DNA of 63,971 nucleotides, filler included, from Conidiobolus incongruus B7586 (lineage: Eukaryota), in NCBI GenBank assembly GCA_000697335.1. It is 5 parts of 5 records of this genome, joined end to end, with 100 filler letters (N's around TTAATTAATTAA, not from the genome) between each part and the next. Parts side by side here need not be neighbours in the genome. Positions count along the whole stretch, not along the records: positions 1 to 22,684 come from JNEM01006235.1; 4 more parts are not named here. One strand, 5' to 3'. Under the pieces are notes generated by a model. It saw only the letters and a list, made by a program, of their open reading frames with translations, did not search any database and was not told where the DNA came from. The position numbers were made by a program, and so were the translations under genes. Shown here piece by piece: positions 1 through 14,168 of this stretch (positions are counted from its first letter, which is position 1; every line of letters begins with the position of its first letter).

Positions 1-2990
1 TAAGACATAGTTGGGTTTACAACTTCCATTAACTGGAGGAATAGGGACAAGTGGAACACATTGCTTAGATCCTTCATCCCAAACATATCCAGGTTTACAA
101 TCTTTGGTAGGAGGGCTTCCACCTGGAATACATAGTGTCTTATCTTGATTTAAGGCTGTTCCAAGAGGACATTGACCATTGATTGGTGGGAATCCAATAG
201 TTGGAATACACATATTAATCTCTTTGATTAAGACATAGTTGGGTTTACAACTTCCATTAACTGGAGGAATAGGGACAAGTGGAACACATTGCTTAGATCC
301 TTCATCCCAAACATATCCAGGTTTACAATCTTTGGTAGGAGGGCTTCCACCTGGAATACATAACGTCTTATCTTGATTTAAGGCTGTTCCAAGAGGACAT
401 TGACCATTGATTGGTGGGAATCCAATAGTTGGAACACACATATTCAATTCCTTAATTAATACATAATTTGGTTTACAACTTCCATTAACTGGAGGAATAG
501 GGACAAGTGGAACACATTGCTTAGATCCTTCATCCCAAACATATCCAGGTTTACAATCTTCGGTAGGAGGGCTTCCACCTGGAATACATAGTGTCTTATC
601 TTGATTTAAGGCTGTTCCAAGAGGACATTGACCATTAATAGGTGGGAACCCATTAGTTGGAACACACATATTAATCTCTTTGATTAAGACATAGTTGGGT
701 TTACAACTTCCATTAACTGGAGGAATAGGGACAAGGGAACACATTGCTTAGATCCTTCATCCCAAACATATCCAGGTTTACAATCTTTGGTAGGAGGATT
801 TCCACCTGGAATACATACGTCTTATCTTGATCTAAAGCAGTTCCAAGAGGACATTGACCATTGATTGGTGGGAACCCAATAGTTGGAATACACATATTAA
901 TCTCTTTGATTAAGACATAGTTGGGTTTACAACTTCCATTTACTGGAGGAATAGGGACAAGTGGAACACATTGCTTAGATCCTTCATCCCAAACATATCC
1001 AGGTTTACAATCTTTGGTAGGAGGGCTTCCACCTGGAATACATAGTGTCTTATCTTGATTTAAGGCTGTTCCAAGAGGACATTGACCATTAATAGGTGGG
1101 AACCCATTAGTTGCAACACACATATTAATCTCTTTGATTAAGACATAGTTGGGTTTACAACTTCCATTTACTGGAGGAATAGGGACAAGTGGAACACATT
1201 GCTTAGATCCTTCATCCCAAACATATCCAGGTTTACAATCTTTGGTAGGAGGGCTTCCACCTGGAATACATAGTGTCTTATCTTGATTTAAGGCAGTTCC
1301 AAGAGGACATTGACCATTGATTGGTGGGAACCCAATAGTTGGAATACACATATTAATCTCTTTGATTAAGACATAGTTGGGTTTACAACTTCCATTTACT
1401 GGAGGAATAGGGACAAGTGGAACACATTGCTTAGATCCTTCATCCCAAACATATCCAGGTTTACAATCTTTGGTAGGAGGGCTTCCACCTGGAATACATA
1501 GTGTCTTATCTTGATTTAAGGCTGTTCCAAGAGGACATTGACCATTAATAGGTGGGAACCCATTAGTTGGAACACACATATTAATCCTTAATTAAGACAT
1601 AGTTGGGTTTACAACTTCCATTTACTGGAGGAATAGGGACAAGTGGAACACATTGCTTAGATCCTTCATCCCAAACATATCCAGGTTTACAATCTTTGGT
1701 AGGAGGGCTTCCACCTGGAATACATAGTGTCTTATCTTGATTTAAGGCTGTTCCAAGAGGACATTGACCATTAATAGGTGGGAACCCATTAGTTGGAACA
1801 CACATATTAATCTCTTTGATTAAGACATAGTTGGGTTTACAACTTCCATTTACTGGAGGAATAGGGACAAGTGGAACACATTGCTTAGATCCTTCATCCC
1901 AAACATATCCAGGTTTACAATCTTTGGTAGGAGGATTTTCACCTGGAATACATAGTGTCTTATCTTGATTTAAGGCTGTTCCAAGAGGACATTGACCATT
2001 AATAGGTGGGAACCCAATAGTTGGAACACACATATTAATCTCTTTGATTAAGACATAGTTGGGTTTACAACTTCCATTTACTGGAGGAATAGGGACAAGT
2101 GGAACACATTGCTTAGATCCTTCATCCCAAACATATCCAGGTTTACAATCTTTGGTAGGAGGATTTCCACCTGGAATACATAGTGTCTTATCTTGATTTA
2201 AAGCAGTTCCAAGAGGACATTGACCATTGATTGGTGGGAACCCAATAGTTGGAATACACATATTAATCTCTTTGATTAAGACATAGTTGGGTTTACAACT
2301 TCCATTTACTGGAGGAATAGGGACAAGTGGAACACATTGCTTAGATCCTTCATCCCAAACATATCCAGGTTTACAATCTTTGGTAGGAGGGCTTCCACCT
2401 GGAATACATAGTGTCTTATCTTGATTTAAAGCAGTTCCAAGAGGACATTGACCATTGATTGGTGGGAACCCAATAGTTGGAATACACATATTAATCTCTT
2501 TGATTAAGACATAGTTGGGTTTACAACTTCCATTTACTGGAGGAATAGGGACAAGTGGAACACATTGCTTAGATCCTTCATCCCAAACATATCCAGGTTT
2601 ACAATCTTTGGTAGGAGGGCTTCCACCTGGAATACATAGTGTCTTATCTTGATTTAAGGCTGTTCCAAGAGGACATTGACCATTAATAGGTGGGAACCCA
2701 ATAGTTGGAATACACATATTAATCTCTTTGATTAAGACATAGTTGGGTTTACAACTTCCATTTACTGGAGGAATAGGGACAAGTGGAACACATTGCTTAG
2801 ATCCTTCATCCCAAACATATCCAGGTTTACAATCTTTGGTAGGAGGGCTTCCACCTGGAATACATAGTGTCTTATCTTGATTTAAGGCTGTTCCAAGAGG
2901 ACATTGACCATTAATAGGTGGGAACCCATTAGTTGGAACACACATATTAATCTCTTTGATTAAGACATAGTTGGGTTTACAGCTTCCATT
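1..2990. repeat. Coding tandem repeat, 228-bp unit, about 13 near-identical copies
   Basis: TAAGACATAGTTGGGTTTACAAC recurs at 1, 229 and onward with 228-nt period. The unit translates as PGYVWDEGSKQCVPLVPIPPVNGSCKPNYVLIKEINMCIPTIGFPPINGQCPLGTALNQDKTLCIPGGSPPTKDCK. Confidence 0.97.
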
Positions 2991-3440
2991 CTCAGGCGGG
3001 ATTGGCGATAAAGAAACACATTTTTTGGTATTCTGATCATAAAAGTACCCTGGGCGACATTGATTAACTGGTGGCTGACCGATTGGACAGCATTTACACG
3101 TTATAGGATCCCAGTAGTATCCTGGTGGACATTTTCCAGGCCTTTGGTTGGGTGGATACCAGTTCCCATAAGGACTAGGCCATCCGTAATAATTTGGATT
3201 TTGAACATTTTGAACACTAGTTTGTGCGGGATTTAATGCACCAACAAACAAGCGACGGTTTAAGTGAAGTGGCGATGCTATGGTTTGTTGGTTTATATCT
3301 AATTCATTTATATCCTGAAACAAACTTTCATCGTTATAATTAATTCTGTCCTTTTCAATCAAAGCATCAAACTCCGATGACCGAGCACCAGATATAATCG
3401 CAATTATTGCTAAGAAGAAAATATTGTGAATCAGCATCAT
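1..3440 (-). CDS. Secreted Cys/Pro-rich tandem-repeat protein (76-aa repeats); runs off the window start and has three frameshifts in this assembly
   Basis: ORF 3440..1581 starts with a hydrophobic signal peptide (MMLIHNIFFLAIIAIISGARS) and has a dibasic NRR site before the repeats. The same repeat continues in ORF 1579..713 and on to position 1. Indels relative to the repeat consensus at ~1587 (-2), ~817 (-1) and ~736 (-1). Confidence 0.8.
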
Positions 3441-6400
3441 AAATTTTCTGAATAAATATTAGGTATAATAGAATTACTAAAGGATAGGAAAATATAAGAG
3501 TGGAGGAGTTGTAGGTAATACAAGATATCGTTGACTAGGATATTTAGAAAATCGTCATTTCTTCGATGTTTATATACAATATAATAATTACATAATGTAC
3601 AGATCTTCATGTTTAACTCATTATCCACCTTGTCAATTTCAATTTAGTTTGCCAAACTTTGATCCTAGAAATTAATGCACAGAATTTGCATTACTATTAA
3701 AAATTAAAAATTAAAGATTAAAAATTAACATTATTCTCCAAATATACGCATTTTTAAGTCATTATAAAGCAATTTTACTAAATACTGATGACAGGAATTA
3801 ACAATAAATACTTTTTAATTAATAATATAAAAAAGATTTCTGAATGAATATTCGAGAGATGAATATCAAAACCAGTACAAATTAAAGCATATACAAAATT
3901 TAAAAGTATAGAATGATTTAATAAAATTAGGGTATGTAGAAAAAAGTTAATTTATATTATAATATATTATTAAGTTCTAAATATGAATATAATATTGATC
4001 CAAAATTAAATCATTGTCTGAACCATTTTCAGCATTTTCTAACCTTTAATTTTATTCTTAATTATTGGTAATTGATTTTAAAAAATGGGTAAACAACTGC
4101 CAAACGAATCATCTAGGAATAAAAAAATAAATGTAGTATGAAATATTTTTTAGATACATCTGACCCAAAATAGACAATACTTAAAGTTCTTATGCCAATA
4201 TTTGTCAGCATCTATCATATTCCATCCCTGGATATTTCAATAACACTGAAGTGACGCTTTAAATCGATTCAATAAGAATACTATAAATTAAAATAAAACC
4301 TAATTCATTTATGATCTCAAAGCAAAATTAATTTTTTAAAAATTAATTTAATTTTAGGCTAATATGAAATTATTAAGTGATTCTATGATTGTTAATAAAA
4401 CATCAATGATTAATATTCTTTTAACTTGTGATAGTATTAGTTGAAATACTACATGAAAATTTTGTTCAATACAAAATATTCATAATTGATTAGCTTTATG
4501 ATCATTCGAAATTGATTCGCATATTTGGACCCTCACAATAAGAGTTAATTAACAAGTCTCAAAACTGTTAAACGTATTAGTTTAAATCATTTCAATGCAC
4601 TCTAATCCATACACAAATTTAGAATGACAATCATTAAATGCGCAAGTTTGACCAAAGAAGATCAGTATTAATAAATGTTGATCTTTTAATAAAAGTTACA
4701 TCCATACTCAATTCCAAAACTTTAATGAAAGTAGCAATGAGTATGTGATTCGTCATAAGGATAGAATGATTTTTTTGATATTCTAGAAATAGTTGAAATA
4801 CTACTAGAATTCAAATCTAAAAATATCTTATTAATATAATAGGTAAAAAATAAATATTTGATGATAATCCTAAAACATCTGTCTCAATTTATAGGCAATA
4901 AGTTAAAGGTAAGAAGGAATATAGAAAAATTCAATTAAATCGGTATAAGTATAAAATAAATAATAAATATAAATATCTAATATTTAAGAATACATAATAT
5001 TCATATAATAATGATAATTTTATTAAGGCTAATTATTTAAAACTACAAAACTGTTAAATGATGAAATTATATCAGCAAAATTTTGCCAATTTCATATATA
5101 TATACTATACAAGTCAATAGATTTACGCGATTTGAAGATAATTTAAATATTAAATATAATAGTTTAGCATCAAATAAAAGCTTTTGACATAAAAAAACAA
5201 ATTCCAATTATTTTAAGATACTAATTAAGAATGTACTCTAACATCATATAATTGATTTCATAAATGATATCATGAAGTTGATGAAAATATCAATCGTTGA
5301 AGTTTGAAAGTTGGTTATTAATTAATTCAAAACCAATCCTATATAATTATATAATTTATATCATGTTTTCATAATTGACAAATAATATTACATGGAAGCT
5401 AATATTCAAATTGAATGTAATGATCAGTCAAAATATATATCAATATTCATGGCTTTAAATTCTGAACATAAAAAACAAGTATGATTGAAATTGCTTAATG
5501 AAGCCAAATTTGTTGACACTATATATCAGAGTTTATTTGTATTATACAAAATTTATGTTTATTAAAATTATTAATTGTATATAAAATATTTGTAGCGATC
5601 ATTTCATAGATTTATTATAATTTTGAAATGAATACATTAATATGACTCACACATAAATTTAGTTTAAAATCAATTAGAAAATTTCACAAGTATAACTATA
5701 TAATTTGAAATGTAACTGTGTTCATTAAATATTAAATGAAAATTGTTTCGTGATCAATAATTCATACATTTCAAAATAAAATTTTTATTTGGATAGACTC
5801 TATTTAAAGTCATTTTAAAATATATTAATATAAATTTTGCCAAGTTTTCCAGTCCTTTTGGAAGATTTCAAAAACAGTGAATTTATATAATAGTGAAAAT
5901 AGAGTGTATTAAAATATCATATATATATTTGAATGATTCATGTATAAATTTGCTAAGTGATGATGGATGAAAACCAATTACTATAATCATTAACCAAATA
6001 ATGTTAATTATTGGATATTCTTCAACCAAATATATTTTAGTCTGGGTTAATTCAAATGATTTTTTTTAAAATTTATTTGTAAATTATCAAAAATATTAAT
6101 ATTTATCATATTAAATTGTTTTTATATTGAATATATAATTTGGTTGAGCTAATTTATAATATTAACTAAAGGTTTATTGGAGAATATTAAAGATTTGATT
6201 ATATATATATATGTATTATAATTCTTCTTTATTTAAGATTTTTATTTAAAAATATAATAATTATTATAATTATATCCAGATAAAATAAAAACTAATAATA
6301 GTCTGTTAATTTAATACTTTTAAAACATAATTATTGACCCATTTAGAATTATTTTAAATTTAAATATATTTTATATAAATATTACCTTATATAACATTAG

Positions 6401-7499
6401 TATTTATATTTTAATTTATTATTTCACAATAATAATTCAAATTATCCAAAACTTTTATATATAAAAAACAAATCTTTTTATAATTTATTATTATTATTAT
6501 TATTAAAGACATCATAAAAGTATTAATTTATTTTAATTAAAAAGTTATTCAAATATCTTAACTCTAGTTATCAAATTATAATATTTATATTAATATTTAA
6601 ATTTGCTTTATTATATATAGATTCAAAAAATATTATAAATTCAATAATTTAAAAATAAATTAAATAATTATATTTAAAAAAGTTATTAAAACTTTTGTTT
6701 TAAATCCCTATAATTATCAAATTATTATATTAAAGTTATTTGTATCATTTTTTACTAAAAATCAACGAAAAATAAAAAAAATCTTGAAAAATTCTAATAT
6801 GTAATTTAATAAATAAATTAATATTAATTAATAATTAAATTATTTTATTATAAGATTTTCTCATCTAGCTTTTAAAATCAAATTTATTAATAACAAACTT
6901 GATTTTTTTAATATATTAATATTTGATTGATAGTTTTAATAAAAATTAAGTAAATATAATATTATACATCATAGTTATAAAATATAAAATGTTATTATAA
7001 ATTTACTAAAAAATAAATAGAAATAATTAATATAATTAATATATTAAATATATTACAATTTATATGTCTATAATTGCTTTAATCAAATATGAAATATGGC
7101 TGCAAGATAATAAATTTGTTTGTGAATAATCTAATTTTAAACTTAAATATAAAAAAGTATTGTGTTAGAAGTTTGTTAATAGTAAAGAGTTTTCAATGAC
7201 TAAAGAGAGTATTAATTTTATACTATTTATGTATTTTTTAGATCATGTATTAGAAATTATATTCAAATTTGATTTTAAATATTTATATTACTTAAAATCT
7301 AGAATATTAATAATCAATAAAAAATAATTCAGTTATAATATTTTAATGAGATTTGAAACAAAAATTTATTGTAATAATTTCATGCAATGATGAATTAAAT
7401 ATAATAGAGTTCGAATTAAAAATTAAATTATTGAAATTGAAATGATATATATAATATGATTAAAATATTCGTGAGTAGATGCTCAATTAGCTTAAGTGA

Positions 7500-10400
7500 T
7501 TATTTAGCCTTATTCGTAGCTTTAGCATCGATTGATATTCGAATATTATCTAGTAGCTTTTCTGTTGGGACACCAGCTAGCTCTCCGGATTCTTGTTTGG
7601 TGGTTATGTCAAATTCTGCTTCGACTGGAACGTTGGTTGAGAATTGATTGATATAATTGGGATCAAATTCATGCAAATTCTCCAATTGCTCTGCAGGGAT
7701 ATCTTCAAATTGGTATTCGCCATTTTCTTCGTAGTATTCTTCTTCGCTTAATTCACCAGGAGTATGGGCTCCTCCTTCTTCGTGGAGGGGTGGGGGAGGA
7801 GGTATATAGGAAAGACTTAACATGTCCAACTCGTCTTCCTCACTCATCTTGAGTGAATTTTCGTTACTCAGTTGGAGGCCACGTTCTGCGTTGACAAGAC
7901 TTTCAGGTACTGAACTCTTATATACCAAACTATTACAATTGGATCTACGATCTTCTAAACCTTGTTGAAGTTTAGCTATGGATTTAGAACGGGGAATAGG
8001 AATAGAGTGGATGTTAGGAGCTAATGAAGTTGCTGAGGGTTCTACAGTTGGTTGCATAAGACGTGGTGAGGCATTTCCAGCATCATTGACGCAGAATACA
8101 TATTCAAACTCTGCCATCATCAGACTGAAAATTCCTGCGGGAACTGCTAAAGTAGGTGCGAATACAATACCTATATTCCTCAGCGTCATCTTGTTCAACT
8201 CATGTTTCTCGATAATTCGAATTAAGTGAGCAATAAGTGTTCGAAGAAGGGTATAGTTGCACAATGGAAGAATACAAACTAAGCGACCAAGTTCATTAAC
8301 CTTATCAGCATAATTGACAATGTCAGTAATAGCGAGGAAATCTGGCTGTAATTTAGGTGTCAAGACACTATTAGGAAGTTCTCTCAAGTACAACTTGAGT
8401 AAGCCAGCAATGGTGTGAACATCGTATTTAGTATTGGATTTTAAAAGATTATAGTCAGATCCAGAATCGAATTTTTCTTTAAGTTGCATGATGACCGATT
8501 GACTTCCTGATAACCTATAAATACCTTCTTCCATCCTGGCCTCTTTAGCTTCCATATATTCGATACAGCGATGAACAACCGCTGGGAGCTCATAGCCTGT
8601 CTTGACTCGGCTATTATCAACTGCTACTTCTAATGGGACGCCAAATACTTTACCACTCGAACCTGATCTCTTGAAAAAGTTTTTCTTGGTCCAATTGAAA
8701 TGCTTTCTAGGCTTTTCTGGCTCTTTTTCTTTTCGTAAAACATCTCCAAAACCAATTTTGACTTTACTTTTTGAGTTCAACATTTTTAAGGCTGTTGACG
8801 ACTCTGTGGGAGTAGTAGCTTGTGGACTTGAGGGACTGTTTTCAGTTTGAGTTGCTGGAATAATTGGATTTGTATCAAGCTTTGGAAGTGGTTTGTTATA
8901 ATACTGTTGATCTTCGACTGAAGGCGATGTAGTCTGAGCATTAAGATTTGACTCGGGAGGAACTGGCAACTCTTCACCATCTTCAGAAGGAATGGGAGGC
9001 AGAGCAGTATTATAATTGTTTTCCAACGGCCTTGGAGGTGGTAACATTGATGGTCTCTTTAGAATAACATTATCATTTACTGCAGGAATGGTTGTTACAT
9101 TATTTGCATCATCTTGCACAAGGCCACCTGAAGAGAAATAGTTCAAAGCGACAGACCAGCTATCCCACTCAGTAGGATTGTCGATGAAGAAAATATGTTT
9201 CACAGAACCTGCCTTCTTTGCTTCCAAAATCGTAATCGAATATGTAAAATTTTCGTAGACATCAGAGTGAATTGAATTTACGATTGTTTTCATAATCTTG
9301 GATCCAGCTAACTTGATAGAACCAAGATAGAAACCATCTTTTGTCTCAAAATAGTCCATAACAGGCCCATTGAGGACAAAATAACGTTGTTTGAGGCGCC
9401 CAAACTTTTTCCCACGTTTGAGAAGATATCCTGCTTTGAAATAAGTCTTCAGAGGACGAGCAGTGGGAGCATCTTTAGGCTCGGGACTAAGAAGATTTGT
9501 AGATAAAAAGCTACAGTATTCTCGGGTCAAGCCTAATCCTGCGTCTTTCAAATCATTAAGATATTTCTTGAGTGCAAGCATTCTGGCTTTGGTTAGATGT
9601 GGTTGATTTGAGGTGAACATGCTCTGATCTGGTAATTGGACATGTTGTGATTGTTGATACATCTTCATTTTACCATCCAAGTTCATAAAGTCTGAATATT
9701 TTTTCTCTAGTATCCAAAGATCAAACGGTTTACCAGCCTTGTCTGAGTCGTTGCTGGGTAAGATGATATATAGGCCCATTACGAGCACCAGGACATTAAT
9801 ATTTTGATCATTAATTTTTGCTTTGAAAGTAATTGGTCTGATTTTTATATAATCAATATAGCCCCTCAATATTGATATTCTTGAGTCTATGGATAGTAGA
9901 GTAGGATCACTTGGAAGAACAGGAATGGAAACAAGTGATTCAGAAACAGTTGAGCTAGATTCAGCATTCGAAGCGGCTATTGAGTTTGCACATGTATCAG
10001 GTTCATCATTGGTTTGATTATCAGGAACATCAGAATTTGAGATAGATGGAATTGTTGATACAGACTGATTTGGATCAACACTTGGATCGCGATTATGTTG
10101 TGCCCGTTGCGATGAAGTGAGAGGTGATGTGTCAGGCGAAGTGGAGTATAATTTTTCCATGCTAGATTTGAATAGAGAGGGGTCACTGGTATACATTTTG
10201 TTGAGTGGGCGATGTCCATTGGTATTGGCCATAGCGGCATCCCCTTTTGCGAAATTACTGGCAGGCATATCACTTTCTCCATGTGTTGGTTTCCTAACCC
10301 TACGCGATGATCTTCTAGGAGGAACTAGTTTTTGTTGTAGTCTTGTTGAGTTTGATGGGGGATCAACTAAAGGTGGTTGAGATGGATTGAAAAATGTATT

Positions 10401-11572
10401 GTTATGCATATTTTCAATTGAAGGAGCTGATCTAACAGAAGAAGGGTGTTTAGAATGAAACATTGATGGGCGTTCATACGAGCCAGGTTCAAATGAAGAT
10501 ATTGATTCTCTATCAGATAGATCTTGAATGGAGCCAAGATTGGAAAATGATGCTGTTGAAGGTGGTACCACAGGTTGAGGATGATCAAGAGTCAATCTAA
10601 ATGGATTTTTCTTGCTAGGGCTGCTTTCTAGTGGAGGAGAAGGTGGTGAATTTTGATTATCAGGATCCCCAATAGAGTGTATCGAAATATCTTGAACATT
10701 GTCCACACTAATTTTTGATTCATGATCAGAATCTACCAAGCGAGATGGTTTACCATTGGATTGACGAGAATTTGTGCTTTCAATAGATAGTAAACTGGCA
10801 GTGGAAGGGAACATAAGTGAGGTAGGGGATCCTAAACGATCTTCTGAATCTTTGTGATTGTTCAAGGAATTAGATTCCTTTGGTTCTTCAATTATGTTTT
10901 GAGTATTATCTTGACTTTTTTCCTCATTTTCGGCTACTTCATCCTAAAATATTTAGAGAATAACGATTAATTTGGATAAAAATAAAATCGAAAATAGCTT
11001 ACAACTGGGGTTAAAATTGAAGGTTTAACCAAATCATTAGGAGGCGGAATAGATTGAATAGATTTTTCCTTGATTGAAGAATCGACAGTTTTTTCGCTTA
11101 GCGATACTTTATCAGTTAGACTAGGAGAGTGAGGAGTTAGACCTTCTGGAATGGAAAACTCATTAAGTGAAGGGCTTTGACTTTCTAAATTCGATGTTTT
11201 AACATTCACAGCACTTTCAGACTGAGATTTAAGTAGATTAACACTTGGTTTAACTTCTTTGAAAGAATTCTCCCGTTGAATTTTGGATTGTTCCTCACCA
11301 TTATTAAGATAATTAGGCATATCTTCCAACGATTTATTCTTCAAAGAGTTATTAGATTTAGTAGAGTTTAACTTTTGCAACTGTTGGATAATAACTCTTT
11401 GCTTCTCTATAACTTTCCAAAGTGATTTATTCTGGTTAATAAGAGTTAATTTTTCCTCTTGACATTGTTCAAATTCAAAAAGTGGCACCCAACGTTCGCC
11501 CTGAAAAGTGATAGTTTGAACATTACCAGATAAATGAGCTTCGTCACTTAACAAATCTAGTTCGTTATTCAT
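7500..11572 (-). CDS. Rho GTPase-activating protein with PX, PH and RhoGAP domains (Bem3-like), 2 exons, ~1337 aa
   Basis: Exon 11572..11003, GTAAGC...TTTAG intron 11002..10944, exon 10943..7500 in frame. PX-like WILEKKYSDFMNLD, PH KAGYLLKRGKKFGRLKQRYFVL, RhoGAP EEGIYRLSG...DVHTIAGLLKLYLRELP...NKMTLRNIGIVFAPTL. Confidence 0.9.
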
Positions 11573-13254
11573 GTTTAAAATTAGATGAATAAAATTAAAA
11601 AGTCCAGCTTAATTAGCTATAAATAAAATTGAATAAAACTTTCTAATGACAACGAATTAAATATAAATTAATGATAATTCAACATATATTATTAATATAA
11701 TATTAATATTTTATGATATTATAGCTGATGATTAAAAAATGCTTTCAAGGAGTAAAGATAGTTAAACTATAAAACATTCATTTTAAATGCTAAATGATAT
11801 GAATTTCAATTAATTTTACAATCATTAAATGTGACAATTTTTAATTCTAACTCAATGTATTAACGGATCAATTCAATTATATCATGTACGTTAAACTTAT
11901 GATATTTTCTCATATTACATTATGTAATTATTAACAAGTACAACCAGAATCTATGTTCGATCAATTTTATTCACATATTTTTGAACTACTTGGTTTTTAA
12001 TTGTAATATTAAACTCAAATTCAAGGGATAAATATCTCAAACTTATATTATTTGTTTATCAAAATATAAATCATTATCTTGTCAAATTATAATAATAATT
12101 TTATAGTATTCTAATTTTTAATTCAAATATAATATGATATTGATAGTAATATATAACAAAGTTATAACTTCTTATATTGAGTATTTTATATTTTCAAAAC
12201 TATTAGAATTTTTGATATAACTACTTGTTTCATATTTAATTATTAATTAGATATATTTTGTTGATCAAAAATCCAACCAGTTTTATATATTTTCATGAAA
12301 TAATGGGATCTATGAAAAAACTATATATTGAAAATAATATAATATCTATAATTGACTATTCAATTCATTAATTAAATTGAAATATATATGATTAATGTTT
12401 ATCAAAAAAAATAATATTATATAATTTTTGTTATTATTTACTATTGTATATAATTCCGAAAATTTTAAAAACCTCTAAATTTTAAACCTTTGTAGTGAAG
12501 GATTGGCAAGTGTGGCTAAAATTGTAACCTCAATTAAATTAATCAATTATGCCTTTTGTATTCATTTAGTCTATTTATATGCAATATTACAAAAGTGTAT
12601 GATATCTATATTTTTTAAATTTCAATTGTTATAAATAACTACCTTTTTAAAATTGTTGTTAATATTTTTCTCATATAATAGAATAAGAATGATGTTTTGA
12701 ATTAAATAATTTATATTAGTTCCATAAAGAAATTTTATAACTATTTGTTTCATTCAAGCTGCTAGATTTATTTTTTGACGATTATGATTGAGGTTAATTA
12801 GAATATTAGAGGTTATTCAATTAGAGATTAATCATAATATTTGTTTAAATCTTTTGAACAGTTACAGAATCAATAACACTCAGTAAATTATATCTTATAT
12901 TAAATATCTAATCTTTCAAATTCGCCATGTTAGGAACAAACTAAATGATTAGCTAAAAATAGTAAAACATAGCTTATTTCAATTAAAATCTGAAACAATT
13001 ATGATTTCAGAATTCTGAAATGATTATCAAATATTATCCCATAAGGAGATTAGTTGAATTTGATTTAAATTTAAAATTGGATGATCGGTGACTAATCTTG
13101 ACTAAAATTATTTCATTTGTCATTGATTATTACTAATTTTACATATTATATCTATTTTAAATGATTATATAACAATTTTATTCCTCTCTCTTTTCTCTGT
13201 TACATTCATTTTAATATATTCTATAATTTGTCTGATAGAGTTATAATAATTAAA

Positions 13255-14168
13255 ATGAATAAATTGATTTTGAGTAGAATTAATAATATTAGTAATATAT
13301 TTTAGTTGATTATAGCTATTTTAATTAATATTCATATTTATATATATTATAGTTTGTAAATCAATCCCTGTAAATACTACTAATCGACGCTATTCTACGT
13401 TAACTTCACTTTCTAACTCTTCGATTCAATCTTGTCAAGTGCATCCTTTCACTAAAAAGACTGAGATTTTAAAGAATATTATTCATTTAGAATTCAATAA
13501 TCACGAAACTTTATGTAATAGTTTTATTCGAATGCAAGGTATATATACAAACCACATTAACTCCAACATAAATATATTCATTAATATTGATTTTAGAATT
13601 TTATGAGAATGACCAGTTTTATCAAAAAAAGTTTACTTTAAAAGATTTTGAATCAATTTTTAATTTAAATTTAAAGTCTTATTATTTAAATTGGTTAGGG
13701 TTTAATTTACCTAATATTATATTAAAAAAATTTAAAAATTTATACCCTTTAGATGAGTTATCTCAGTATGAAATTGATTTATTAAATTTAATTAATAAGA
13801 TTGATTATAATCAATTTTATATAATTGGTACTTCTATTCATAATCCTAATATTAGTGATACTTTGAAACATGAACTGTGTCATGCTCTCTACTATTTAGA
13901 TCCTGAATTCAAATTGGAAGTGAATGATTTACTCGCTACAATTCCTACTGACGAAATGAATCGATTGTATCAGTTGATGAGAGCTCTTCACTATCATGAG
14001 AGTGTTTGGTTGGACGAAATTCAAGCTTATTTAATATCCGAATCTTTTCAATCCCCCTTCCTACTGTCCAAAGGTATTCCTATATTTAATCCCTTCTGGT
14101 CTAAATTAATGAAAAATTTAAATGAATCTTATCTTAACGGAATCAAAAGGAATCAAATTAAAAAATAA
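13255..14168 (+). CDS. Uncharacterised HExxH (zincin-like) protein, 3 exons, 264 aa, possible mitochondrial presequence
   Basis: Exons 13255..13291, 13353..13538 and 13597..14168 join in frame through GT-AG introns (795 nt). Contains FIRMQEFYE, WLGFNLP, LKHELCHALYY and DEIQAY. Confidence 0.75.

Noticed and set aside
1..2990. CRISPR-like or satellite interpretation of the regular repeats
   Set aside because: No unique spacers; the 228-nt period is a multiple of 3 and encodes a continuous protein with mostly synonymous variation.
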